From Lachnospiraceae bacterium (lineage in GTDB: Bacteria > Bacillota > Clostridia > Lachnospirales > Lachnospiraceae): a stretch of DNA of 62,209 nt. The stretch lies in assembly GCA_017448845.1 (NCBI GenBank), contig JAFSKT010000042.1, forward strand, positions 1-62,209, written 5' to 3'. The notes under the pieces are model-generated. The model had not been told where the DNA came from. It ran no database searches and saw nothing but the letters and a program-made list of their open reading frames with translations. The translations under genes were made by a program, and so were the position numbers. Positions 40,427-50,800 of the stretch are shown here, piece after piece (the stretch's first letter is position 1; each line of letters opens with the position of its first letter).

Positions 40427-41692
40427 ATGGGTTTTTTTGATGATTTTAAGGAAGACCTGTCCCAGGCTGTAGGCGAGATAAACGCAGCAGGGGAAGAAGA
40501 AAGCAGTGAAAAGGGAATAGAAGGTTTTCCTGATACCATGGGGGACGGAATACAGGAGACCCTCAACCTGTCGGAAATGATAGAGAAGGAAACCGAAGCG
40601 GTGATGGATGAGGCACCCGCACCGGAACTGTCCTTTGATTTTGACGCGATCCCCGCCGAGGAAAGCGCGGCTGCACCGGAAGAGATTCCTGAAGAGCTTC
40701 CCGCAGAAGAGCCGGTGGAGGAAGAGGCAATATTGGAAGAAGAGCTTCCGGTAGAGGAGCCTGTACAGGAAGAAGTATTGTTGGAAGAAGAGCTTCCCAT
40801 AGAGGAACCTGTGATGGAAGAAGAACTCTCTGCAGAGGAACCGGTAGAGGAAGAGGCAGTATTGGAAAAAGAACTTCCCGCAGAAGAGCCGGTAGAGGAA
40901 GAGCCGGTTATGGAAGAAGAGCTTTCTGTGGAAGAGCCGGTTATGGAAGAAGAGCTTCCTGCGGAAGAGCCTGTTCCGGAAGAGGAACTTCCCGTAGAGG
41001 AGCCTGCAGCTGAAGAAGCTCCCATAGAGGAAGCAGCAGCTGAACCGGAGCCCGAGCCGGAGCCGATTATTGCGGAAGCAGCAATGAACATGGTGATGGA
41101 TAACAGCTTCACCGAAACAGCAACAGAGGAAGAAACTGCTTTTGCAGAAGCAGATAATAATGATAATAAGGAGTATAAAGAAATGAAAGACGATATCATC
41201 AATAATGAACTCGTATTCCCTGAGCTTGAGGATGGTCCCGAAGCCGATGAGAACGGCTCTGTTACTGCCGGAATGATCATCAACGGTGACATCATTTCTC
41301 AGGGTTCCCTTGAAGTTGTGGGTACTGTTAAGGGAAATATAAATGTTAGAGGAAAGCTCAACGTTTCAGGAACCATCACAGGTAACTCAAAGGCTGCAGA
41401 GGTATTTGCTGATTCCGCAAAGATCAACGGAGAGATAGTCAGCACCGGAGCCGTAAAGGTGGGTCAGGAATCTGTTATCATCGGCAACATTTCCGCTACC
41501 AGCGCAGTTATCGCAGGCGCAGTAAAGGGTGATATCGACGTGCAGGGACCTGTTATCCTTGATACTTCCGCCATCGTAATGGGCGACATCAAGTCAAAGT
41601 CAGTCCAGATCAATAACGGCGCGGTTATCGAAGGCCACTGCTCACAGTGCTATGCAGACGTAAGCCCCACATCATTCTTTGATGAACTTTGA
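40427..41692 (+). CDS. Bactofilin (polymer-forming cytoskeletal protein) with long acidic repeat region
   Basis: C-terminal beta-helix repeats (MIINGDI..GSLEVVGTVKGNI...INNGAVIEG); ATG 40427 behind AAGGAGG. Confidence 0.9.
   Translation: MGFFDDFKEDLSQAVGEINAAGEEESSEKGIEGFPDTMGDGIQETLNLSEMIEKETEAVMDEAPAPELSFDFDAIPAEESAAAPEEIPEELPAEEPVEEEAILEEELPVEEPVQEEVLLEEELPIEEPVMEEELSAEEPVEEEAVLEKELPAEEPVEEEPVMEEELSVEEPVMEEELPAEEPVPEEELPVEEPAAEEAPIEEAAAEPEPEPEPIIAEAAMNMVMDNSFTETATEEETAFAEADNNDNKEYKEMKDDIINNELVFPELEDGPEADENGSVTAGMIINGDIISQGSLEVVGTVKGNINVRGKLNVSGTITGNSKAAEVFADSAKINGEIVSTGAVKVGQESVIIGNISATSAVIAGAVKGDIDVQGPVILDTSAIVMGDIKSKSVQINNGAVIEGHCSQCYADVSPTSFFDEL
40690..41030 (+). repeat. Coding tandem repeat EEEL(P/S)xEEPV, about 8-9 units of 33 or 48 nt
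   Basis: Degenerate GAAGAAGAGCTTCC...GAAGAGCCGGT units; boundaries approximate. Confidence 0.85.
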
Positions 41693-41727
41693 TCATAGAA
41701 AGACATGGGCGTTCAGGGGGTAAACCG

Positions 41728-42423
41728 TTGAAAAGAGTTATGCTTAAGCTCTCCGGCGAGGCGCTTGCCGGGGATAAGAAGACCGGATTTGACGAGGAAA
41801 CTGTCCAGAAGGTTGCAAGGGAAGTTAAAAAGCTGGTGGACAGCGGCATAGAGACGGGTATCGTCATCGGCGGCGGTAATTTCTGGAGAGGCCGCACCAG
41901 CGGAAACATAGACCGTACAAAGGCTGACCAGATAGGGATGCTTGCTACGGTGATGAACTGTATCTATGTTTCGGAGATCTTCCGCTCGGAAGGCATGATG
42001 ACAAATATCCTGACTCCTTTTGAGATAGCGGGTTTTACCAAGCTTTTTACAAAGGACAGGGCAAATAAGTATTTCAGCAAGAAACAGGTTATATTCTTTG
42101 CGGGAGGAACGGGACATCCTTATTTCTCCACCGATACGGGGGTGGTCTTAAGGGCCATAGAAGTGGAAGCGGACATGATCCTTTTAGCAAAGAACATAGA
42201 CGGGGTCTATGACTCGGATCCCAGGAGCAACCCCAACGCAGTTAAGTTCGACAGGCTTTCCATAGAGGAAGTCATCGACAGGAAGCTGCAGGTTGTGGAT
42301 CTTACGGCGTCCATCCTTGCAATGGAAAATAAGATGCCCATGAGAGTCTTTCTGTTAAATGAGGAGAACGGTATATCCAATGCGGTGTCCGGCACCTTTA
42401 ACGGTACCGAGATAACTGTTTAA
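41728..42423 (+). CDS. pyrH: UMP kinase
   Basis: RVMLKLSGEAL, GGGNFWRG, GTGHPYFSTD; TTG 41728. Confidence 0.96.
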   Translation: MKRVMLKLSGEALAGDKKTGFDEETVQKVAREVKKLVDSGIETGIVIGGGNFWRGRTSGNIDRTKADQIGMLATVMNCIYVSEIFRSEGMMTNILTPFEIAGFTKLFTKDRANKYFSKKQVIFFAGGTGHPYFSTDTGVVLRAIEVEADMILLAKNIDGVYDSDPRSNPNAVKFDRLSIEEVIDRKLQVVDLTASILAMENKMPMRVFLLNEENGISNAVSGTFNGTEITV

Positions 42424-42447
42424 AAGGATTTAAGGGAGGTATTTCTA

Positions 42448-43002
42448 ATGGATGAGAGGATCAAAAAATACGAGGATAAGATGCAGAAGTCCCTGGACAA
42501 TTACCAGGGCGAGCTGGCTTCAATAAGGGCGGGAAGAGCAAATCCCCATATCCTTGATAAGATCAAAGTGGATTATTACGGAACCCCTACGGGACTTCAG
42601 CAGGTGGGAAATGTGTCCATACCTGAAGCAAGGGTTATCATGATCAAGCCCTATGACAAGACAATGTTAAAGAGCATTGAGAAGGCCCTTCAGGTTTCCG
42701 ATATAGGCATTAACCCCAGTAACGACGGAACAGCGATCCGCCTTGTTTTCCCCGAGCTTACAGAGGACAGGAGAAAAGAACTCTGCAAGGACGTTAAGAA
42801 AAAGGGCGAAGAGTGCAAGGTCGCAGTCAGGAATATAAGGCGTGACGGAGTGGATGCATTTAAGAAGTTAAGTAAATCCGAGGATGTTTCCGAGGATATC
42901 GTTAAGGATCTCCAGGATGAGCTTCAGAAGGTCACCGACAAGTATATCAAGAAGGTGGATGAAGCTGCGGCTGAGAAAGAAAAGGAGATCATGACGGTTT
43001 GA
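42448..43002 (+). CDS. frr: Ribosome recycling factor
   Basis: IRAGRAN, VDYYG, PELTEDRR, VRNIRRD. Confidence 0.98.
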   Translation: MDERIKKYEDKMQKSLDNYQGELASIRAGRANPHILDKIKVDYYGTPTGLQQVGNVSIPEARVIMIKPYDKTMLKSIEKALQVSDIGINPSNDGTAIRLVFPELTEDRRKELCKDVKKKGEECKVAVRNIRRDGVDAFKKLSKSEDVSEDIVKDLQDELQKVTDKYIKKVDEAAAEKEKEIMTV

Positions 43003-43715
43003 ACATCCCTGAACATGTGGCCATCATATTGGACGGTAACGGCAGATGGGCTAAGTCCAAGGGAATGCCCAGAACCTATGGTCACACCATGGGGGCGAAG
43101 AACGTGGAAACGATCTGCCGCGTTGCCTGGGAGAAGGGTATCAAATACCTTACCGTTTATGCCTTTTCCACAGAGAACTGGTCCCGGCCTCAGGACGAGG
43201 TTGGAGCCATTATGGATCTTTTAAGAAACTATCTTAAGACCTGTAAGAAGACTGCGGAAAAGAACCATATGAGAGTCAGAGTCATCGGGGATAAGAGCCG
43301 GCTGGACCCGGATATACAGGCGGCAATTACCGAGCTTGAGGAATTCAGCAGGGATTTTGACGGGCTTTCCTTCCAGATAGCTCTGAACTACGGAAGCCGT
43401 GATGAGATAAGGAGAGCCGTTAATTCCATTTTAAGTGATATAAAGAACGACCTGCTTCCCGAGGATACAGAGATCACGGAGGATATGATAAGCGAGCGTC
43501 TGGACACGGCCGGGATCCCGGATCCGGATCTTCTTATCCGTACCAGCGGAGAGGAGAGGCTTTCAAATTTCCTTTTATGGCAGTGTGCCTATACTGAGTT
43601 TTATTTCACTGATGTCCACTGGCCTGCCTTTTCGGAGGAAGAGCTTATGCGGGCGATAGAAGATTATTCGTCAAGACAGAGACGTTACGGGAAAACCGGA
43701 GAACAGGTGGTTTAA
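42999..43715 (+). CDS. uppS: Undecaprenyl diphosphate synthase
   Basis: HVAIILDGNGRWA, FSTENW, IRTSGEERLSNFLLWQ. Confidence 0.97.
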   Translation: MNIPEHVAIILDGNGRWAKSKGMPRTYGHTMGAKNVETICRVAWEKGIKYLTVYAFSTENWSRPQDEVGAIMDLLRNYLKTCKKTAEKNHMRVRVIGDKSRLDPDIQAAITELEEFSRDFDGLSFQIALNYGSRDEIRRAVNSILSDIKNDLLPEDTEITEDMISERLDTAGIPDPDLLIRTSGEERLSNFLLWQCAYTEFYFTDVHWPAFSEEELMRAIEDYSSRQRRYGKTGEQVV

Positions 43716-44540
43716 ATGTTGAGAACCAGGGTTATCAGTGCCATAGTGCTTGTGCTGATACTTGGCACAGGTCTATATGTCGGAGGACTCGTGTGGTGGG
43801 TCCTTCTTCTTTTTATTTCCCTTGTGGGCTACAGGGAGTTCTGTACAGCCATCTTTTCCGGGGATGAGGCCGGAGAGTTGAAGCCGGAAGAAGGTGTGCG
43901 TAATCCCGCTGTACCTGAGGTCATGGGTTATGTCCTCACTATTCTCTACTATGTCCTTATCATGGCAAAGCCTTACGGGATTTATATGCTCTACGCCATG
44001 ACAGGGTCCGTTATCCTTTTCATGTGCATTTTTGTGCTCCTGTATCCGCGTTATAATAGTGCCATGATCATGCAGTTTTATTTCGGGCTTCTCTATATAC
44101 CGTTTATGATCTCTTTTCTCTATATGCTCCGCATAAGGGACAAGGGGATAATAGAGGTGATCTTTGTAGTCATCTCTTCATGGATCTGCGATACCTTTGC
44201 CTATTTTACCGGGCGTCTTTTGGGACGGCACAGGCTGGCGCCGGTACTCTCCCCGAAGAAATCCGTTGAGGGGGCAATAGGAGGCGCTGTATTCTCAGGG
44301 ATCTTTGGCGGCCTTTTGGCCTTCGTGATCCATGACAGCATTCCGATCTATGCCCTTGTGACCTTTATCGGCGCCATAATTTCCCAGTTCGGGGATCTTT
44401 TTGCCTCCGGCATCAAAAGGGATAAGGGGATCAAGGACTACGGCCATCTGATCCCGGGACACGGCGGCATACTGGACAGGTTCGATTCCATCATAATCAC
44501 TGCACCGATCATTTACATTCTCTGTAATACCCTGCTGTAA
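43716..44540 (+). CDS. cdsA: Phosphatidate cytidylyltransferase
   Basis: [26 protein letters not shown]. Confidence 0.96.
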   Translation: MLRTRVISAIVLVLILGTGLYVGGLVWWVLLLFISLVGYREFCTAIFSGDEAGELKPEEGVRNPAVPEVMGYVLTILYYVLIMAKPYGIYMLYAMTGSVILFMCIFVLLYPRYNSAMIMQFYFGLLYIPFMISFLYMLRIRDKGIIEVIFVVISSWICDTFAYFTGRLLGRHRLAPVLSPKKSVEGAIGGAVFSGIFGGLLAFVIHDSIPIYALVTFIGAIISQFGDLFASGIKRDKGIKDYGHLIPGHGGILDRFDSIIITAPIIYILCNTLL

Positions 44541-44560
44541 AGTAGAAGAAGGTACAAAGT

Positions 44561-45706
44561 ATGAAAAGATTATCTATCTTAGGTTCCACAGGCTCCATCG
44601 GAACCCAGACCCTTGATATAGTTGATGCCAACAGTAACGCTTTATCCGTGGCCTCTCTGGCGGCGGGTTCCAACGTTGCCCTTATAGAAGAACAGATAAG
44701 GAAGTATAAGCCCGGTATCGCTGCCCTCTATGATGAAGCTGCGGCAGAGGATCTGAAGGTCCGGGTTTCGGATACGGATACAAAGATAGTGTCCGGAATG
44801 GACGGCATCATTGAGGCTGCAGTCTGCCCTTCGGAGATAACCGTGGGAGCCATGGTGGGGATGATAGGGATAAAGCCCGCTTTAGCTGCGATCCGTGAGG
44901 GGCATGACCTGGCTCTTGCGAATAAGGAGACCTTAGTCACCGCAGGGCACATCATCACCAAGGAAGCAGAGGCGAATAAGGTTAAGATACTTCCTGTGGA
45001 TTCGGAGCATTCAGCCATTTTCCAGTCATTAAACGGGGAAAACCACGACAGTATTGAGAAGATACTCCTTACCGCCAGCGGCGGCCCCTTCAGGAATAAG
45101 AGCGCTGAAGAGCTTAAGAACATGACTGCGGCGGAAGCCCTTAAGCATCCCAACTGGAATATGGGTCCGAAGGTCACCATCGATTCCTCAACCCTTGTAA
45201 ATAAAGGTCTGGAAGTCATGGAAGCGAGATGGCTTTTCGATGTTTCCTATGATGACATTGAGGTTCTGATCCATCCCCAGAGCATAGTGCATTCCGCAGT
45301 GCAGTATAAGGACGGGGCCGTCATCGCGGAGCTTGGCATACCGGACATGCATCTCCCCATTCAGTACGCTCTCTTTTATCCGGAGAGGCGTTTCTTAAAC
45401 ATGGAAAGGCTGGATCTTTTCAAGATAAGGGAGCTGACCTTCTTTGAGCCGGACTTAAAGACCTTCCGGGGCTTAAGCCTTGCGCTTAAGGCTGCAAGGA
45501 CAGGGGGCACCATGCCCACAGTATTCAATGCGGCCAATGAGGAAGCGGTCAAAAAGTTCCTTAAAAATGAGATAAGCTATCCCGGGATCACGGAGATCAT
45601 TGAAAAAGCCATGGAGATGCATAAGCTTATCGAGGATCCGGGAATTGATGAGATACTTCAGTGTGAAAAGGAAGTGCGGGAGATTACCGCGCAATTAAAG
45701 GGGTGA
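44561..45706 (+). CDS. dxr: 1-deoxy-D-xylulose-5-phosphate reductoisomerase
   Basis: LGSTGSIG, LANKE, PVDSEH, HPNWNMG, NKGLE. Confidence 0.98.
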   Translation: MKRLSILGSTGSIGTQTLDIVDANSNALSVASLAAGSNVALIEEQIRKYKPGIAALYDEAAAEDLKVRVSDTDTKIVSGMDGIIEAAVCPSEITVGAMVGMIGIKPALAAIREGHDLALANKETLVTAGHIITKEAEANKVKILPVDSEHSAIFQSLNGENHDSIEKILLTASGGPFRNKSAEELKNMTAAEALKHPNWNMGPKVTIDSSTLVNKGLEVMEARWLFDVSYDDIEVLIHPQSIVHSAVQYKDGAVIAELGIPDMHLPIQYALFYPERRFLNMERLDLFKIRELTFFEPDLKTFRGLSLALKAARTGGTMPTVFNAANEEAVKKFLKNEISYPGITEIIEKAMEMHKLIEDPGIDEILQCEKEVREITAQLKG

Positions 45707-45710
45707 TATC

Positions 45711-46751
45711 TTGCAGTTTATCCTGTTTATCATAATACTCGCGGTCCTCATTTTAGTACATGAGGGCGGGCATTTCGTTATCGGAAAGAAATGCGGCATA
45801 GGAGTTGAGCAGTTCAATATCGGTTTCGGGCCGAAGATCATAAGCCGTCGTCATAACGGGACGGAATACAATCTCCGGGTCCTTCCCTTTGGGGGAAACT
45901 GCATTTTTGAAGGCTATGACGGTGAGGATGACAGCGACAGCCCCACCTCATTTATCAATGCTCCTGTCTGGGCACGTTTTGCCACTGTGGCCGCAGGTCC
46001 CATCATGAATTTCGTTCTGGCATTTTTCCTGTCCCTCTTTGTCATCGGTTCCGTGGGCTACGATCCGCCGGTCCTTGCGGATATAATCGAAGGATATCCG
46101 GCAGAAGAGGCGGGGCTTGCTTCCGGTGACGAGATAATCGCCTTAAACGGACACAGGATCTCATTATACAGAGATGTGAGTACCTATTTATTCTTCCACG
46201 AGGGCGAGAGCGTTGACGTGCGCTACAAGAGGGACGGGCTCTTCTATGACACCAGGATAGATCCCCGCTACGACCCCGAAGAAGGCAGGTATTTACTTGG
46301 GATCCTGGGGGGACAGCGTGTTAAGGGAAACTGGATACAGACCATCCGCTACAGCGTTTCGGAGGTCCGCTACTGGATCGAGATCACTGTGAAAAGCCTT
46401 CTGCAGGTCTTCAAAGGACGGGTGTCAAAGGATGATCTCACAGGTCCCGTGGGTGTGGCCGGCGTGGTTGGCGAGGTCTACGAGGAATCAAAGAGCGAGG
46501 GTTTCTTCGTGGTCTGGCTCAATATGCTGCAGCTTATGATACTGCTTTCTGCCGATCTGGGAGTGATGAACCTGCTGCCCTTCCCCGCCTTAGACGGGGG
46601 GAGACTGGTCTTCATGCTTATCGAAGCTGTCACCGGCAAGGGCGTGGACCGCAGGGTTGAGGCCGGCTTCCATTTCTTCGGAATGTGCTGCCTCTTACTC
46701 CTTATGATTTTTGTAATGTATAACGATATTACCCGCATTATTGGTCGCTGA
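45711..46751 (+). CDS. rseP: RIP metalloprotease RseP
   Basis: HEGGH, PDZ domain, NLLPFPALDGG. Confidence 0.95.
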   Translation: MQFILFIIILAVLILVHEGGHFVIGKKCGIGVEQFNIGFGPKIISRRHNGTEYNLRVLPFGGNCIFEGYDGEDDSDSPTSFINAPVWARFATVAAGPIMNFVLAFFLSLFVIGSVGYDPPVLADIIEGYPAEEAGLASGDEIIALNGHRISLYRDVSTYLFFHEGESVDVRYKRDGLFYDTRIDPRYDPEEGRYLLGILGGQRVKGNWIQTIRYSVSEVRYWIEITVKSLLQVFKGRVSKDDLTGPVGVAGVVGEVYEESKSEGFFVVWLNMLQLMILLSADLGVMNLLPFPALDGGRLVFMLIEAVTGKGVDRRVEAGFHFFGMCCLLLLMIFVMYNDITRIIGR

Positions 46752-46808
46752 AGGCGACGCCCCGTCGTGAGTCCCGGGGCTGGGACTTGTCAGATATTGG
46801 AGGAATAG

Positions 46809-47858
46809 ATGTACAGAGATAACACCAAAAAGATAAAGATAGGAAATACGGAGATCGGAGGGGGGAGCCCGGTCAGGATACAGTCCATGTGCAATACCAG
46901 GACGGATGACGTGGAGGCTACGGTAAGGCAGATACTGGAGCTGGAGAAGGCGGGGTGCGAGATAATCCGGTGCACCGTGCCGAACGAGGCTGCGGCGGAA
47001 GCATTCCGTGAGATAAAGAAGAGGATACATATACCCCTTGTGGCGGATATTCATTTCGATCACAGGATGGCGATCCTTGCGGTGGAGAATGGGGCGGACA
47101 AGATCAGGATAAATCCGGGGAACATCGGGGGGAAAGACAGGCTTAAGGCTGTGGTTGATAAGTGCAGGGAGAGGAACGTGCCAATCAGAGTCGGTGTAAA
47201 TTCCGGATCCCTGGAAAAGGAGATAGTTGAGAAGTACGGCGGCGTCACTGCGGAGGGGCTGGTGGAATCGGCCCTTGATAAGGTGAGGCTCATTGAGGAG
47301 AACGATTACGATAACATCGTTATAAGCATTAAGTCCAGCAATGTGCTGATGTGCATTGACGCATATGAGATGACGGCGGAGAGGAGCCCTTATCCTCTGC
47401 ATGTGGGTATAACAGAGTCGGGTACTGTATTCAGCGGAAATATCAAGTCGGCTGTAGGTCTTGGCATAATGCTGAATAAGGGTATCGGGGATACCATAAG
47501 GGTTTCCCTTACCGGGGACCCGGTGGAAGAGATAAGGAGCGCAAAGCTCATACTTAAGACCTTAGGGCTCAGAAAGGGAGGCGCAGAGATAGTGTCCTGC
47601 CCCACCTGCGGAAGAACTAAGATAGACCTTATAGGCCTTGCGGGAAAAGTTGAGGAGATGCTTAAAGACTGCGACAGGGATATAAAGGTTGCGGTTATGG
47701 GATGCGCAGTTAACGGTCCCGGCGAAGCCCGTGAAGCGGATATAGGCATCGCAGGCGGTGAAAATGAGGGACTTGTATTCAGAAAGGGAGAGATAATCAG
47801 GAAGGTTAAAGAGGACGAACTTTTATCGGCGCTGAAAGAGGAGCTTGACAGATTATGA
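46809..47858 (+). CDS. ispG: HMBPP synthase
   Basis: VADIHF, RINPGN, GDTIRVSL, CPTCGR, MGCAVNGPGE. Confidence 0.98.
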   Translation: MYRDNTKKIKIGNTEIGGGSPVRIQSMCNTRTDDVEATVRQILELEKAGCEIIRCTVPNEAAAEAFREIKKRIHIPLVADIHFDHRMAILAVENGADKIRINPGNIGGKDRLKAVVDKCRERNVPIRVGVNSGSLEKEIVEKYGGVTAEGLVESALDKVRLIEENDYDNIVISIKSSNVLMCIDAYEMTAERSPYPLHVGITESGTVFSGNIKSAVGLGIMLNKGIGDTIRVSLTGDPVEEIRSAKLILKTLGLRKGGAEIVSCPTCGRTKIDLIGLAGKVEEMLKDCDRDIKVAVMGCAVNGPGEAREADIGIAGGENEGLVFRKGEIIRKVKEDELLSALKEELDRL

Positions 47859-50800
47859 CAGATTCAGGCAGAAGAAAACCGTTCTTTGATGTATTTCCGA
47901 CTTTGCTGCTCCCCCAGGATCTGAGGGAGCTCTTTTCCAATGTGTCCGTAAAGATGATCTTAAGGAGCAAGGACAGGAAGAGCTTTCACATCTATACGGA
48001 AAGCAGGATGATCATACAGAAGGAAGATATCCTGAGAGTAGAAAGGGAGTTGAGGAAGCAGGTTTTTGCCAATACAGGCATTACGCCAAGACTGCACGAA
48101 TCCTTCCTGTTGGAGGAAGACTTTACAGTAGAGTCTGTGCTTGATACTTACAGGGATTCAATTGCGATAGAGCTGAGGGAAGAGTACCCGATACTTAACC
48201 AGATATATAAGAATTCCACACTGACCTGCGAAGGGAACGTGCTGACCCTTACCGTACCGGAGGAGATGATCTTCGGAAAAGAAGCGGAAAAGATGGTAAA
48301 GGACCTTACCGAGTATATCTATAATGTTTTCAATATGAGATTCAAATTGGACGCAAGGGTGCAGCATGAGTATAAGAGCAGCGGCATTTCCTTTGAAAGA
48401 AAGAGGGAAGAGGAAGAACTCTTAAGGGAATACCGTGAAGTCATGGGCAGGAAGGAGAAAAAGGAAGAGGTTAAGGAAGAGGTTAAGGAAGAGAAAAAGG
48501 AGGTCAAAGATAAGGCTAAGAAAGGAAAGCGCCGTTCTCTTGATCCCGATGTGATCTTCAGGGCTGATGTGAAGGAAGATGCCATTCCCATCAGGGACAT
48601 AGTAGATCCCATAGGGGAAGTGGTGATAAAGGGCCAGCTTATTGCCTATGATGAGCATCCCATAGGGAACCAGAAGAATGTGGTGACCTTAAATGTCACG
48701 GATTATACGGATTCGATAAAAGCGAAATTCTTTATAAGTGACGAGGATCTGCCGGGCTTTAAGGAAAAGATAGAGGCTAAGGATTTAGCGGACGGGAAGC
48801 CAACCATCTTTGTAAAGATAAAGGGAGTGGCGGATCTTGACAGATTTGAGCATGATGTGGTCATAACCTCCATAAGGGGCATGAGGAAGATTTCTTCCTT
48901 CCTTAAGGAGAGAAGGGATTTCTCTGCGGTAAAGAGGACAGAGCTCCACTGCCATACCAAGTATTCCGAGATGGACGGGGTTAGCAGTGTAAAGGATATA
49001 CTTAAGACAGTGGATTCCTGGGGGTGGAACAGCATTGCCCTCACGGATCACGGGAATGTGCAGGTATATCCGGAGGCCGCCCATACTAAGCTTGAAAACA
49101 AGGACTTCAAGATAATCTACGGCTGCGAGGGATATCTTGTGGACGATACCAACAGGATAGTCTGGGAGTGCGGAAAGGGAGACGGAAACACCGCCCATTC
49201 CCTGAACAGCGATTACGTGGTCTTCGATATAGAGACCACCGGTTTTTCCGCTGTGTCAGATAGGATAATAGAGATAGGTGCCGTAAGGGTAGTAAACGGA
49301 GAGGTAAAGGAAAGCTTTGACGAGTTTGTAAATCCGGGGATCCCGATCCCCTTTAAGATAGAGAATCTGACGGGGATAAATGACAGCATGGTAAAGGACG
49401 CCCCCGGTATAGAAGAGGTGCTGCCAAGGTTCTTAAGCTTTGCGGAGGGATCGGTGGTGGTGGCCCATAACGCCATGTTCGATACTTCTTTTATGCTGGT
49501 AAAGGCAGAAGAGCTGGGGCTTAAGTTTGATAAGACCGTGGTGGACACCCTGGGACTTGGCAGGTTCCTTATGCCGGAATTACATAACCATAAGCTGGAC
49601 ACCATGGCAGAGAAGCTTAAAGTGAGCCTTGAAAATCACCACAGGGCCTGTGATGACGCTGCCGCTACTGCGCATATCTTTATAAAGCTCATGGAAAAGG
49701 CGGGGGAGGAATACCCGGAGGACATCCATATACTCGAGGACTTTAAGCAGTATGACCGGGTAAGTATCAACACCATTAAGAGACTGCCCTATTTCCATAT
49801 AATCCTCCTTGCAAAGAATGAGACCGGAAGGCTGAATCTCTATAAGATGGTTTCCGAGTCCCACTTAAAGTATTTCCAGAGGAGGCCCAGGATCCCGAAA
49901 TCCCTGCTGATGGAGAACAGGGAGGGGCTGATCTTAGGCAGCGCCTGCGAGGCGGGAGAACTGTACCAGGCTCTGGAGCGTGAGGAGCCGGGAGAGAGGA
50001 TAGCGGAGATAGTTGATTTTTACGACTATCTGGAAATACAGCCTTTAGGCAATAATGAGTTCCTTTTAAGGGAAGATAACCGGATAAAGGACATGGATGA
50101 TCTCCGGGACATAAATAAGGAGATAGTGAAACTGGGAGAAAGATTCAATAAGCCGGTCTGCGCTACCTGTGACGTTCACTTCCTGAACCCTGAGGATGAG
50201 GTTTACAGGCGGATCATCATGTTCAGTAAGAAATATAAGGACGCCGATGAACAGGCTCCCCTGTACTTAAGGACTACGGAGGAGATGCTTGACGAATTCG
50301 CATATCTCGGGGATGACAAGGCCGAGGAAGTTGTTATAAAGAACCCCAATATGATAGCGGATATGATCGACCATATCTCTCCCGTAAGGCCGGATAAGGC
50401 GCCCCCTGTCATTGCGGATTCGGATAAGATACTGAGGGATATATGCTATACAAGGGCGAAGGAGCTCTATGGGGAAGATCTCCCTGAGATAGTGACTTCC
50501 CGTCTCGATAAGGAGCTTGATTCCATCATAGGAAACGGCTATGCGGTTATGTACGTTATAGCCCAGAAGCTTGTGTGGAAGAGTAATGAGGACGGTTACC
50601 TTGTGGGGAGCAGAGGTTCCGTCGGTTCTTCCTTTGCAGCCTATATGTCAGGTATCACGGAGGTTAATTCCCTTGCGCCCCATTACCTCTGCAAGAAGTG
50701 CCACTATTCGGATTTTGAGTCTGAAGCTGTGAAAAAAGCCCATGAGGAAGGAAACTGCGGCTGCGACCTGCCGGACAGGGATTGCCCCGTCTGCGGTGAG

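Noticed and set aside
40423-41295. 290-aa Ser-rich antisense ORF
   Set aside because: Mirror of the Glu-rich GAA/GAG repeats of the bactofilin gene
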